Assembly: GCA_040756515.1 (NCBI GenBank)
Contig: JBFLYW010000001.1
Span: 169,840-233,839 of the forward strand
Direction: 5' to 3'
Origin: Bacteroidota bacterium
GTDB taxonomy: Bacteria > Bacteroidota > Ignavibacteria > Ignavibacteriales > Melioribacteraceae
DNA: 64,000 nucleotides
The notes beneath the pieces were generated by a model. The model was not told where the DNA came from. It worked only from the letters and a program-made list of their open reading frames with translations, and searched no databases. Numbering within the stretch: the stretch's first letter is position 1; each line of letters begins with the position of its first letter. Of this stretch, positions 30,284 to 40,571 are shown one piece after another. Made by a program: the position numbers and the translations under genes.

Positions 30284-32122
30284 TTGACAATGGATTTTCA
30301 ATTAAAAGATAAACTGGAAAACTTACCATCACTCCCCGGCATTTATCAATTTATGAATGATAAGGGAAAGGTAATCTATATTGGTAAAGCAAAAAATTTG
30401 CGAAACCGTGTTCGTTCTTATTTCCAAAATAGAATTGATAATGCTAAGACAAACGCGCTTGTATCTAAAATAAATGATGTCCAATTAATAATTACGGATA
30501 GCGAAATTGAAGCACTTGTACTGGAAAATAATCTGATAAAGGACTTAAAACCACGCTATAACATTAACCTCAAGGACGATAAGTCATTTCCATACATTAC
30601 TGTTTCAAATGAACCTTTCCCTCGGATCTTTGTTACGCGGAATATTGTGAAAGACGGCTCGAAATATTTTGGACCTTTTACTGATGTAAAACAAATGAAG
30701 TCTTCTCTAAGATTGATAAATAAGATTTTTAAGATAAGAAGCTGTAAGTACGATATTACGGATGAAACCATCGAAAAGAAAAAATATAAGATCTGCCTGG
30801 ATTATCACATCAAAAAGTGCGAAGGTCCGTGCGAAGGTCTGGTAACTAAATTTCATTACAACAACATGGTTAATCAGGTAATCAAAGTATTGCGCGGTAA
30901 AACAGACGAATTGATTCAAGAGCTTAAAAAAGAAATGACAGATGCTTCTTCAAACCTGGAATTTGAAAAAGCCGCAAATATAAGAGACAGAATTGAACAG
31001 CTTAGTATCCTTTCGGCGAAACAGAAAATTGTAAGCAACGATTTTGAAGACCGGGATGTAATTAGTGCTGCTTACGAAGGGAAAGACGTTTCTGCAACAA
31101 TTTTAAATATAAGGACAGGCAAATTAGTAGGTAAAAGAGAATTTACACTTACAAGTGAAGAGAAAGAAACTGAAGAAAAAATTTACTCTGCTATAATCAA
31201 GTTTTATTATAATGATTATGTGGAAGTGCCAAAGGAAATTTTAATTGAATCAGAACCTGAAGATTCGGAATCGCTTATCGAATGGCTTAATACAAAGGCA
31301 ATAAAGAAATGCCGGTTCGTTATCCCGCAAAAACAAAGCGAAGCTAAATCTCTCCTAATGATGTGTAAGCAAAATGCTCTACTTCACTTAAAAGAGATTC
31401 AATTACAGAAAATGAAAAAAGAAGGTAATGCTCCGTATGCTCTTTCGGCATTGAAAAGAGATTTACGGTTAAAACATCTTCCGCGAAAAATTGAGTGCTT
31501 CGATAATTCTAATCTCCAGGGCAGTGATCCCGTTGCAAGTATGGTTGTTTTTGTAGATGGTAAACCAAAGAAAAGTTTATATAGAAAATTTATTATTAAA
31601 ACTGTTGAAGGTCCGGATGATTTTGCAAGCATGCGGGAAATAATTTACAGAAGATATTTAAGATTGATTGAAGAGAAAGAACCGCTGCCGGATTTAATAA
31701 TGGTTGACGGCGGTAAAGGTCAGCTTTCAAGCGCTATTGAATCGCTTAATGAACTCAACATTAAAGACTATGAAATAATTGGGTTAGCAAAGCGGCTTGA
31801 AGAGGTTTTTCTTCCTAATGAGAGTGAACCGCAATCAATTCCAAAAACATCATCCGGTTTGAAATTACTTCAGCAGATACGCGATGAAGCTCATCGATTC
31901 GCAATAACATTCCACCGCGATAGGAGAAACAAAAGAACATTTACAACGGAGCTAACAGTTATTAAAGGAATTGGCGAAAAGGCGGCTAACAAACTTCTTA
32001 CCCAATTCAAAAGTCTGGAAGAAATTAAAAGCAAATCTGAAGATGAGCTTGCAAAAATAATAGGCAAATCTAAGGCAAAAATCGTAGCTGATTTCTACAA
32101 ACAAAAAAGCCAAGACACCTAA
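30284..32122 (+). CDS. uvrC: Excinuclease ABC subunit C
   Basis: 612 aa. GIY-YIG N-terminus (PGIYQFMNDKGKVIYIGKAKNLRNRVRSY), UVR motif (FEKAANIRDRI), an Endo V-like domain (IECFDNSN) and a C-terminal HhH. Confidence 0.95.
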   Translation: MTMDFQLKDKLENLPSLPGIYQFMNDKGKVIYIGKAKNLRNRVRSYFQNRIDNAKTNALVSKINDVQLIITDSEIEALVLENNLIKDLKPRYNINLKDDKSFPYITVSNEPFPRIFVTRNIVKDGSKYFGPFTDVKQMKSSLRLINKIFKIRSCKYDITDETIEKKKYKICLDYHIKKCEGPCEGLVTKFHYNNMVNQVIKVLRGKTDELIQELKKEMTDASSNLEFEKAANIRDRIEQLSILSAKQKIVSNDFEDRDVISAAYEGKDVSATILNIRTGKLVGKREFTLTSEEKETEEKIYSAIIKFYYNDYVEVPKEILIESEPEDSESLIEWLNTKAIKKCRFVIPQKQSEAKSLLMMCKQNALLHLKEIQLQKMKKEGNAPYALSALKRDLRLKHLPRKIECFDNSNLQGSDPVASMVVFVDGKPKKSLYRKFIIKTVEGPDDFASMREIIYRRYLRLIEEKEPLPDLIMVDGGKGQLSSAIESLNELNIKDYEIIGLAKRLEEVFLPNESEPQSIPKTSSGLKLLQQIRDEAHRFAITFHRDRRNKRTFTTELTVIKGIGEKAANKLLTQFKSLEEIKSKSEDELAKIIGKSKAKIVADFYKQKSQDT

Positions 32123-32203
32123 CCACCCAAATTAAATACTGACCGCTGCTTCCTTCCGGACCTGGCGGGGTTGGGTATCAATTTGCCGATTAGGGCCTGG
32201 CAA
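32105..32203 (-). ncRNA. ffs: Signal recognition particle RNA (small/4.5S type)
   Basis: The reverse complement reads GCCAGGCCCTAATCGGCAAATTGATACCCAACCCCGCCAGGTCCGGAAGGAAGCAGCGGTCAGTATTTAATTTGGGTGGTTAGGTGTCTTGGC followed by TTTTTT. It contains the universally conserved domain IV motif AGGUCCGGAAGGAAGCAGC with a GGAA tetraloop. The 5' end (GCCAGG-CCCUAA) pairs with the 3' end (UUAGGUG-UCUUGGC). Ends are approximate to within a few nt. Confidence 0.85.
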
Positions 32204-32252
32204 AACCTGTTGCAAATATAATCAAATGTAAAAATTCTTGAAAAGATTTTAT

Positions 32253-32833
32253 CCCAGATTTGTCATTAGGAAAAGTTTCTAATGACCGCCATTAGAAAAA
32301 AGTAGAGATAAGTTGATTTATAATAATAAGATAAGTTTTGGTTTACTGATGGAATTTTAGCAATTAGCTGTAAGATAAACAGACTTAGGAAATCATAATT
32401 GTCTTATGAAAAATATGTCTTCAGAGAGGAACTGGGTTATTATGACAAAATCGGGTTTAATAATGTAATAAGGTTACCTGTAAGGTTAAGTTTTGGTTAC
32501 TAAGGTTTCCTCAATCAGATATTTGTTACTTGTTTGATTTGTTACTTGTTTGATTTGTAACTGGCGAACAGTTACCCAACGATTGAACCTTAGTAACAGT
32601 GAAAAAGAGAGAAAAAATGACCTTATTACCTTATGCGAGTGTAAGAAAGTAATGGGGAAAAGTGTTGCTACAAAGTAGAAATGGCTTCAGTTCAAGCAAA
32701 TGTATAAACAACTATTACTTTCTTTATAAGGTATGGAAAGTAAGAGAAGATTAAGAGTTATAAATACCTCTTGTTGTTACTCAGGAACTCAGCTCCTTTC
32801 TTTTGTTACAGTAGTTCTAATGACAAATCTGGG
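32253..32833 (+). mobile_element. Copy 2 (most diverged) of the ~570-bp non-coding TIR element
   Basis: Termini are CCCAGATTTGTCATTAG ... CTAATGACAAATCTGGG, with identical 5-bp flanks TTTAT / TTTAT. It carries a 16-bp tandem duplication (GTTACTTGTTTGATTT x2 at 32525..32556) inside the conserved core. Confidence 0.8.
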
Positions 32834-32853
32834 TTTATTGAATTGCAATTGAA

Positions 32854-33870
32854 TTATTTTAGAAATTCTTCTAATACGAAAATAACGCGACCAATTGAAA
32901 TTCCACCTTCTCCTCCGAATGTGCATGTTTTTGGATTACCCGGACATTTGTTACTACAATAATCTTCAGAAGGTAAAAGTACAATATTTTCGTTTCCTGA
33001 TGGTCCCCATAATTTTGGAGAACACGCTGTTAACGGACAAAACATAGAAAGTGTTGTCACTTTTAAGGCTGCACAAATATGCATCGGACCGGTGCTTGCA
33101 GAAATGAGAAGATCCAATGCAGAAAAAGTAATAAAGGATTCACGCAAGGATTTATTTACGTTAGGGTACATTACTCCCTCTACGTTTGCAATAGCTTCAG
33201 GTATTGTATTATCTGTAATTACAATTTGTATCTCCTTTCTGCCCTGTAATACTTCAATCAGTTCTCTGTAATAAGACGGCTTCCAATTAGGAGATGAGTT
33301 GCCGCTGGAAGAATGAATTCCTATCAGAAATTTCTTACCGCTTAATAATTCGTTTCTAAATTCGAGCGATTTTATCTTTTCTTCTTCAGTAAGAAAAATT
33401 TCCGTCTCAAGGTTTTCTGATGCTACACCAATTTTTCTGGCTAGATCCATGCAATAATCTGCTTCATGTCTTAACGGGATATATTTATTCCTGGAGACAT
33501 ATCTCGTAAATGTTAGAAACTGATACAGCTTGTGCCCAACACCAACTCTATATGGAATCCCGGCTAAAAAAAGCAAATAATTCAACCGTTCGGTTGGTAG
33601 TAATGTAAGTGAATGAGTGAACTTGTAACTTTTTATTTCTTTAACTTTCTTCCAGAACTTCTCTATTGATCCGTTGTCATAATCATCAATCAAAATAATT
33701 TTATCTACATACGGGTTATTTTCATAAATATCTTTTGTGTACTTGCGCAGCATAACCGCTATAAAGCTGTTCGGAAATGTTTTTTTTATTTCACGCGGCA
33801 GAGGTGTCGAAAGAACAACATCGCCAATTCTATCCGGTCTTACAATTAATATTCTTTTACTTTTTTTCAA
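32854..33870 (-). CDS. Glycosyltransferase family 9 (LPS heptosyltransferase-like)
   Basis: 338 aa. The N-terminus ILIVRPDRIGDVVLSTPL and the later TGPMHI block are typical of GT9 heptosyltransferases. Confidence 0.8.
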   Translation of the reverse strand: MKKSKRILIVRPDRIGDVVLSTPLPREIKKTFPNSFIAVMLRKYTKDIYENNPYVDKIILIDDYDNGSIEKFWKKVKEIKSYKFTHSLTLLPTERLNYLLFLAGIPYRVGVGHKLYQFLTFTRYVSRNKYIPLRHEADYCMDLARKIGVASENLETEIFLTEEEKIKSLEFRNELLSGKKFLIGIHSSSGNSSPNWKPSYYRELIEVLQGRKEIQIVITDNTIPEAIANVEGVMYPNVNKSLRESFITFSALDLLISASTGPMHICAALKVTTLSMFCPLTACSPKLWGPSGNENIVLLPSEDYCSNKCPGNPKTCTFGGEGGISIGRVIFVLEEFLK

Positions 33871-34989
33871 TTATTCAATTCCCAGTAATTGACCGCGCAC
33901 TTTTTTGTATTCTTCCTGCCAGTTCAATTCTTTTGCTGCAATAAAGCAGTTCTCTTTATATTTTTTTAATTGGTCTGGATTCAATACAAGTCGTTGAATA
34001 GTTTTTACAATATTCACTTCGTCCTTTAAATTAACCGCTTCGCCCACACAATACTTCTCGACAATTCTTTTCATCTGAGGTAAATCCGAGGATAATACAG
34101 GTAAACCTGCCATTATGTATTCGAACAATTTATTAGGCAATGCATGGTAATAACTGACACTAATATTTTCTATTAACGTTAAACCTAAGTCAGCGCCAGC
34201 AGTATAATTGACCAATTCATTCTGCTTTATTGTTCCGGCAAATATTACACGATTACCAACATCATATTTGTCTGCAAGTTTTTGAAAATTCTTTTTGTGT
34301 TCTCCATCTCCAAGAATAATAAGCACTGTTTCAGGCAGGTTATTTAATGCTTTTATAACAAGTGGTATTCCTCTTCCTTCCAGCAAGACTCCTTGATAGA
34401 GCAGAATAAAAGAATTGGGAGGAAGATTATATTTTTTTCTGAAATCAATTGTTGCTTCAGGAAAACGAAGCAGCGGAATATTCCTTATAACAAGAGTATT
34501 TTTTATTCCATAAAAATTTTCGAGAAAATGAGAATCCATTTCTCCGGTAGTTAAAACCAAATCGACTTTTGTAATAAAAAATCGTTCAATAATTTTAACA
34601 ATCGATTGAATAAAAGGACGATTGCGCAAACCACCTATAAAGGCATACAGTTCACGACTGTTATAATATATTTTCCCTTTTTTCAACTTTGCAATAACCG
34701 TTACAAATGGAAGAGTATAAAAATCTTCTGCAAAATATATGTCTGCATTTGTTCTGAATAAATGTCTAACTAAAATGATAGCATACTTAAGATAAAAAAT
34801 AAGACTGTTTTTTTTCTTAAGTACGTAGATCTCATAAGTTTCGTTATGATATGGTTTGCCGCTAATGAACCAATCGAACGCAATTACCTTTACGCTGCAA
34901 TTATCATCTTTAAGTGAGTTTGTAAGATTAACAATTCTGGAATCGTGAAGTGCATTACCAAGAAATGCAATACAAACATTTTTCTGCAT
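33871..34989 (-). CDS. Glycosyltransferase family 4 (GT-B fold)
   Basis: 372 aa. The C-terminal half has the GT4/GT1 signature region (LYQGVLLEGRGI...ILGDGEHK...EYIMAGLPVLSSD). Confidence 0.78.
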   Translation of the reverse strand: MQKNVCIAFLGNALHDSRIVNLTNSLKDDNCSVKVIAFDWFISGKPYHNETYEIYVLKKKNSLIFYLKYAIILVRHLFRTNADIYFAEDFYTLPFVTVIAKLKKGKIYYNSRELYAFIGGLRNRPFIQSIVKIIERFFITKVDLVLTTGEMDSHFLENFYGIKNTLVIRNIPLLRFPEATIDFRKKYNLPPNSFILLYQGVLLEGRGIPLVIKALNNLPETVLIILGDGEHKKNFQKLADKYDVGNRVIFAGTIKQNELVNYTAGADLGLTLIENISVSYYHALPNKLFEYIMAGLPVLSSDLPQMKRIVEKYCVGEAVNLKDEVNIVKTIQRLVLNPDQLKKYKENCFIAAKELNWQEEYKKVRGQLLGIE

Positions 34990-35000
34990 GGCAAACCGGA

Positions 35001-35960
35001 TTATAATTTAATATGAAGTGTATTGCGCATAATAGTCTTAGCATCAAACTGTTCTTTGAATTCGATAAGACTCATGCTTGGTGTCATTGGGTTAGCAGCT
35101 TTTGTATCCTGTGAAACACCAATATCTACATACAAAAATCCGTGTTCAGTAGCATAGTTAACAACATCATACATAATGCGGTGCATCGGTTTATAATCAG
35201 CATATTCGTACAGCATCATGTTGTAGAAACAGAGAGCAACATTTTTATTGGCAATAAAAACAAGCGAGCCTCCAATTGGCTTATCACCAAGATAAACCAT
35301 TAAGAGCACCAAATTATCCGGCAAAAGTTCTTTAAGCCGAATAAGGTCTTCATATGAGTGCGTTGGCTTAGTTCCGTGTCTTGCCTTATTCTCTACCAAT
35401 ATCGGGTAGAATTGATCGTAACAATCGTTAATCTCAATCCGTAATTCTTTTATTCTAAAAGTCTTTCTTACATTTCTTCTTGTTGTTGGTGAAAACCTTA
35501 ATAAGTAATCTTCATTCTTTCTTAAATTGATTGCGCTTGAAATGTAGTGAAGTTTGTAATTGAACCCGAGCCACCGCATTGCAAATTCAAGATTTTGATT
35601 TTGATACTTTTCATAAATCATTGGTGCGGATGTAAGCTCAAACTCCTTAATATTATTCTGCCGACCAAATTCCAACAGAGAAGTAACAATTTCCATCGCT
35701 TCGGCAAATTTAATATCCTTTGTTACAATTGAACCGTAGCTGGCACCGATAGGCGATTCGAACAAACCATCTCTTAATGCGCCGGGTAGAACAGCTTCTA
35801 TCCTGCCATTCTTTAAGAATATCAGGTGATCAAATTTGAACTTGCCCGGTGTGTGATAATCTAAGAATCTCTGTAAGTGAAATATGGTGCCGTTATTCGA
35901 TTGGAGCACAAACCGATCCCACTCCTCTTTCCATTCAGCAGAATATCTAATTACTTCCAT
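35001..35960 (-). CDS. FemAB-like / GNAT-fold acyltransferase family protein
   Basis: 319 aa. WDRFV...GTIFHLQRFLDYH at the N-terminus, and a two-lobed layout resembling FemAB/peptidoglycan-bridge-type acyltransferases. Specificity unknown. Confidence 0.55.
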   Translation of the reverse strand: MEVIRYSAEWKEEWDRFVLQSNNGTIFHLQRFLDYHTPGKFKFDHLIFLKNGRIEAVLPGALRDGLFESPIGASYGSIVTKDIKFAEAMEIVTSLLEFGRQNNIKEFELTSAPMIYEKYQNQNLEFAMRWLGFNYKLHYISSAINLRKNEDYLLRFSPTTRRNVRKTFRIKELRIEINDCYDQFYPILVENKARHGTKPTHSYEDLIRLKELLPDNLVLLMVYLGDKPIGGSLVFIANKNVALCFYNMMLYEYADYKPMHRIMYDVVNYATEHGFLYVDIGVSQDTKAANPMTPSMSLIEFKEQFDAKTIMRNTLHIKL

Positions 35961-36053
35961 TATAAATTATCCGCATTGGTATATTTTTATCAATCCTAAA
36001 ATACAGTTTCGTTGTAGTACAAATTAGTCTTTGCATTTCAATAAATATTTTTA

Positions 36054-36953
36054 CTAAAATGTAAATATGAATGTCATTATATGATTATCACCCAATCCAT
36101 ACTTAAAGGGAACGTAAGCATAATCCAGATTAATACTTTTCAATTTAATTCCGAACCCTGTTGTTACATTTTTAGCATCGTACCCGGAAATGTACCCTCC
36201 TCTTATAAAAAAGAAATCATCGTAATTTATTTCCGTACCTAAATGCAAGTGGGAATTATCAGCGTCAAGATATTTTTGGAAACCGCCTAAAAGACTTGCA
36301 CTTAACTTAGCATCGGTAATTAATAAAATGTAAGAAGCTCCTAATCTTAGGTCTTTAGGAAGTTTAGTAGAAGTTTCCCTCAATTGGTTCATCATCCCTA
36401 TATTTCTTAGTGATGCACCTAAAGAAAGTCCGTCTATAATACCTGTATAGGTAAATCCGAAATCAAACGCATAGCCGGAAGCTTCATCGGTATAAAGATT
36501 TTCATATAAATATTTAATCGTAATTCCAGAATGAAAATGATTAAATATTTTTAGGGAACCGGACAAACTTGCCGCAAAATAATTTGCATCGAACTTAGAA
36601 ATTGCTTCTCCCGGTCTGGTTCTTATTTCGATATCGGGAATAGAGATAGTGTTGATCATTAGAGCCAGTGGAATTCCAAAAGCATTAAAAGCAGCTCCAA
36701 ATAATTCTGAACGTGTACCCTCAATAAGATTATTATGAGAAAAAGTAAGTTGAGTTTTATTGATTATCGTTAATATTGATGGATTGTAATTAACTCCGTT
36801 CAACTCATTGCCGGCAACAACCCCAAGATCACTCAATGCAATATTTCTGGAGCCGTATCCAAGTTTTAGAAATGCTAAACCGCTGTTACCTGCGCCCTGA
36901 GCGCAAATTAAATTAGTTATTATAAACAGAGACAGAAATATTTTTTTTCTCAT
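36054..36953 (-). CDS. Outer-membrane beta-barrel, PorV/PorQ-like family
   Basis: 299 aa. Signal peptide, an N-terminal AFLKLGYGSRNIALSDLG motif (similar to the FL.IG..AR..AMGGA motif of PorV/PorQ-type barrels), alternating beta-strand pattern and a C-terminal aromatic residue (F). Confidence 0.5.
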   Translation of the reverse strand: MRKKIFLSLFIITNLICAQGAGNSGLAFLKLGYGSRNIALSDLGVVAGNELNGVNYNPSILTIINKTQLTFSHNNLIEGTRSELFGAAFNAFGIPLALMINTISIPDIEIRTRPGEAISKFDANYFAASLSGSLKIFNHFHSGITIKYLYENLYTDEASGYAFDFGFTYTGIIDGLSLGASLRNIGMMNQLRETSTKLPKDLRLGASYILLITDAKLSASLLGGFQKYLDADNSHLHLGTEINYDDFFFIRGGYISGYDAKNVTTGFGIKLKSINLDYAYVPFKYGLGDNHIMTFIFTF

Positions 36954-36956
36954 AAA

Positions 36957-37952
36957 TCAAAAATTTACATTAATTCCAATAATATGTTGTTCGCTGGAAG
37001 AATATGGTTCCAGTACAAATGCATAATCAATTCCAACTCGATATGAACTAATTAAATAAAAATACGAAAACCCGAATGAAGGTTTAACAGGCACATCTAA
37101 ATTAACTACATTCAATCTATCCATTCCTGCTCTTAAAAAAAGATCTTCATAAATATTATATTCAATTCCTGCACGTAAATATCTTGCCGAAGCATTAGTA
37201 TTTTCAAATTCTACGGCTGCGATTAAAAACGGATCATTTAATTTATATGAAACACCAAATTTTGTTAGCAATGGAAATCTATCTTTACTTTGTCTGCCGG
37301 ATTGCCCATAAATTTTTCCGCTGTCCCATTCATACTTACTGTTGATGTCTTTGATCACCAGAGAAAAAGTTAGATTCTCATTGAAAGAATAAAGCGCTCC
37401 CAAATCAAATCCTAATCCTGTTGAGCTGAATTCATCGTACAACTTATAGTAGTAGAACTTAAAAGCAATTCCAATCGAAATTTTTTCCGAAAAACGATTC
37501 GCAACTGAAACAAAAAACTGGTTTTCGGAAGTTGATAGTTTACCGGTGCTGACACCTTGAGCATCCCTTGCATCAATATTTGAAACACCGGCATTAATAA
37601 TCCCGGCACTTATTCCAGCAATTGATCTTGGTTTTGTTTTTCCATCTGCTGTTTCAACCTTTCCGAATTCGAAACTGCGTGTATAGCTTAAGAAGTTTAA
37701 GGAACGGTCCAGCGATAAAATAGAATATGAAGTTTGGAATGAATTTTTTTGCTGGAATGTAGCTAATGCCGGATTGTAGTATGCAACCAGGTTTCCATCT
37801 TTTACAGGTGATAAAGCATTTCCCATTCCAATTCCTCTGGCACCAAATCCCATTCTGCTGAATGCACCGGGCAGACTGCTAATACTGGAAAAATCCGGCT
37901 GAGCGTTAACAACTGTAAATGTTATTAATAATATTGCAATAGTATTTTTCAC
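36957..37952 (-). CDS. Outer-membrane beta-barrel, PorV/PorQ-like family (paralogue of the downstream gene)
   Basis: 331 aa. Signal peptide, FSRMGFGARGIGMGNAL motif, beta-barrel periodicity and a C-terminal F. Confidence 0.5.
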   Translation of the reverse strand: MKNTIAILLITFTVVNAQPDFSSISSLPGAFSRMGFGARGIGMGNALSPVKDGNLVAYYNPALATFQQKNSFQTSYSILSLDRSLNFLSYTRSFEFGKVETADGKTKPRSIAGISAGIINAGVSNIDARDAQGVSTGKLSTSENQFFVSVANRFSEKISIGIAFKFYYYKLYDEFSSTGLGFDLGALYSFNENLTFSLVIKDINSKYEWDSGKIYGQSGRQSKDRFPLLTKFGVSYKLNDPFLIAAVEFENTNASARYLRAGIEYNIYEDLFLRAGMDRLNVVNLDVPVKPSFGFSYFYLISSYRVGIDYAFVLEPYSSSEQHIIGINVNF

Positions 37953-37969
37953 TTACAATTTTTCCTTTT

Positions 37970-39529
37970 CTACATTAGAACCATAATTTTACCGAAGATT
38001 GGTTCATCCGGACCAACATCAATACGATAGAAATAAACGCCGTTAGGAACAATTTTACCGCTTTGATCTCTGCCGTCCCAATTTTCAAACTGTTCTTCAC
38101 TTTTGCCTCTTGGTGCATTTTGTATAATTGTTCGAACTAGATTCATACCGAAATCAAAAATTCTAATTGTTACATCAGCATTTTTTTCAGTTGAATATTT
38201 TATTCTCGTTGAACGGGCGCTAGGTGAAAAAGGATTAGGGAAAGCAAAGCTTTCATTCTTAACAGTAAACTCGCCGGATTTAAGAAAAACTTTCCATTTT
38301 CCGTTCCACATATTTTTTTTATCTTCGAACCGAATTAGACCATTGGCTAAAGATCCAATCCAGATATATGCTGTTTCGCTACTAACTATTTGCGATTGAA
38401 TTGTTCTGAAATGTTTTGTGTTAACAGAAATTTTTGTTGCATCGTCATAAATTTCAGGTGCAGCCAGCCAGGTTTGACCATTATTTCCGGATCTAAACAA
38501 TCCATCTTGTGTTGCAATAATTATATCTGCCGAACTAACCGAGAATGGTCTAAACGATATATCCATGGCACGTGAATTTGGCAGAGTAATTTTCCAATTA
38601 TTTCCGCCATCGTAACTAAAACTGACTGCCCAAAATTCAGTTTGACCTTCGGCTTTCCAGGTTGCTGCCCATATTGAATTATCATAATGGTTGTAAGAAA
38701 TCTTCCAGATATGATTTCCACTAATAGGATTAATCTGATTTGTTCGGTTCATTTTAGTCCAGCTGATACCTCCATCAGTAGATTTGTTAATTCCACCACC
38801 GGTTCCAACATATAAAGTATCATCACCAACAACACAAATTGAAACAGGAATATGGTTGTTATTTCCTTTATCTCCCGCTTTAGGTCGTAATTCAAAATTA
38901 AGCTGGTCCGAGGGCTTTATGGAATTCAAATTATCCGGTGGTAATATTATTCTTTGCCAAGTCTTTCCCATATCAGTAGATTTTCTTAATCCGCCGGCGC
39001 GCGATACAATCCATACTGCTTCTTTTGTTAATCCTATTCCGTATGTAAAATTTTGTCCCGTTACCGTTGTAGGAACAGCTCTAATTATATTATTTCCGTA
39101 TTGAATTAATGAGTCTGTCATTTTATCAACTGGTTGAGGTATATGAGTCCAGGTATCTCCATTGTTAGTGGAATAAACTAAACCTTCACCTGCACCGTCG
39201 GTAGATCCGTTAACCGTAATTGACGACCAAAGCGCTGCCCAAATAACTCCGTTTCTATATGCAACGGCTGAAATACTTTTATCTCCGAATGATTCTTTTT
39301 TATAATAGTTTGTCCAGGAATTTCCGCTATCAGTAGATTTGCTTAACCCTTTTGATGTACCTATCCATATTGTGTTATCCTGAATTAGTATTCTTTCTGT
39401 TGTATTTCCAGTTGGAGAAGAATCATTTGTTTTAGAAAGTAATTTCGGAGTCAATTCATAATTTATAGGAATTGTCTGAGCAAACATTTTAATAATGGTT
39501 AAGAAATATATTAGAATTATTTTTTTCAT
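37970..39529 (-). CDS. BNR/Asp-box repeat beta-propeller protein with T9SS-type (FlgD-Ig-like) C-terminal sorting domain
   Basis: 519 aa with a signal peptide. Six Asp-box motifs are present (STDSGNSW, STNNGDTW, STDMGKTW, STDGGISW, SYDGGNNW, SGNNGQTW). The C-terminal ~90 aa (FPNPFSP...IRIFDFGMNLVRTI...WDGRDQSGKIVPNGVYFYRI...KIMVLM) match the T9SS type-A sorting domain pattern. Confidence 0.78.
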   Translation of the reverse strand: MKKIILIYFLTIIKMFAQTIPINYELTPKLLSKTNDSSPTGNTTERILIQDNTIWIGTSKGLSKSTDSGNSWTNYYKKESFGDKSISAVAYRNGVIWAALWSSITVNGSTDGAGEGLVYSTNNGDTWTHIPQPVDKMTDSLIQYGNNIIRAVPTTVTGQNFTYGIGLTKEAVWIVSRAGGLRKSTDMGKTWQRIILPPDNLNSIKPSDQLNFELRPKAGDKGNNNHIPVSICVVGDDTLYVGTGGGINKSTDGGISWTKMNRTNQINPISGNHIWKISYNHYDNSIWAATWKAEGQTEFWAVSFSYDGGNNWKITLPNSRAMDISFRPFSVSSADIIIATQDGLFRSGNNGQTWLAAPEIYDDATKISVNTKHFRTIQSQIVSSETAYIWIGSLANGLIRFEDKKNMWNGKWKVFLKSGEFTVKNESFAFPNPFSPSARSTRIKYSTEKNADVTIRIFDFGMNLVRTIIQNAPRGKSEEQFENWDGRDQSGKIVPNGVYFYRIDVGPDEPIFGKIMVLM

Positions 39530-39530
39530 G

Positions 39531-40421
39531 TCAGTTAACGGTCATTAGATGAATAATAGTGTTGCTAAGATTTCCGCTTTTATCTTTTGCCTGAAATTCA
39601 AATTTCCATTGACCGGTTTGTGTTGCTGCAGCAAAGAAATTCTTAAAGGAGTAAGTTCCATCACCTGCTGTTCTATCGCCAAAAATATCAAAATTACCAT
39701 CATCTGCCATTAGGAAATACCCTAAACCATTTTGCGGATCTACCTGCGAGCCATCAGGTCTGAATAATTTGAAATATACTTGAGATATATCACCTAATCC
39801 ATTTCCATCTTCAACTTTAATTGTGAAGATAAATGATTCACCCCTGGCAACTGAATTGGGAATTGTTAAATTAGAAATAACAGGGGGATAACTTATCTGG
39901 TTGTTATTGTAAGTGAAACTATGCGATGCGGCTTTGGCTAAATTTTCCGGTGCCGTTTTTACTTTATCTTCAACAAAATATTCAATGAAATATTTTCCAT
40001 TAGAAACCTTTTTACTAATCCCTACTTTAGTTGAAAAAATATTATCATTTGCTTTTAGATCACCATTCGAAGCATTGTTGCCATTATCTAACATTTGTGC
40101 TGAAGGTGTAATTGTAGTTGTTCCGTCAGCGGATTTAATCTGCAGCCATACTTTGTTAATAAATTTTGAATCATCAAATTCTATTGATGTTGTTAGATTA
40201 GAATCTGAAGCAGAGTAACTGAAATTAACCGGAGCTGATACGGCTTTTACATTATAATAAAGTTTTGTCTGTTCAACTATTCCATCCGGTATTTTTTCGC
40301 AGCCAATAGAACTTAAAATCAGTATTAGAGTAAAAGAAATATTGATAAGTATTCTTTTTCTGGATTTATTCAGTATTCTTGAGTAAGTATTTGAGAAGTG
40401 TATAAAAAAAAGAAAAATCAT
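39531..40421 (-). CDS. Hypothetical lipoprotein with Ig-like beta-sandwich repeats
   Basis: 296 aa. Lipobox-like LILSSIGC, with an all-beta composition rich in Asn, Gly and Asp. It forms an operon with the BNR protein (1-nt gap). The true start may be internal. Confidence 0.5.
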   Translation of the reverse strand: MIFLFFIHFSNTYSRILNKSRKRILINISFTLILILSSIGCEKIPDGIVEQTKLYYNVKAVSAPVNFSYSASDSNLTTSIEFDDSKFINKVWLQIKSADGTTTITPSAQMLDNGNNASNGDLKANDNIFSTKVGISKKVSNGKYFIEYFVEDKVKTAPENLAKAASHSFTYNNNQISYPPVISNLTIPNSVARGESFIFTIKVEDGNGLGDISQVYFKLFRPDGSQVDPQNGLGYFLMADDGNFDIFGDRTAGDGTYSFKNFFAAATQTGQWKFEFQAKDKSGNLSNTIIHLMTVN

Positions 40422-40571
40422 AGAAATGCTGCCTTATCTAAAAAATAACCGATTGCTGAAATTAATGTAGCAAAGTTTCTATAATTTTTTCCTTAGTTTT
40501 TTCTTTTTAACTGTGGCAAAAGTAGAGATAGCATTAGTAAATGTCAAGATAATTTAGTTTTGCACATAATA

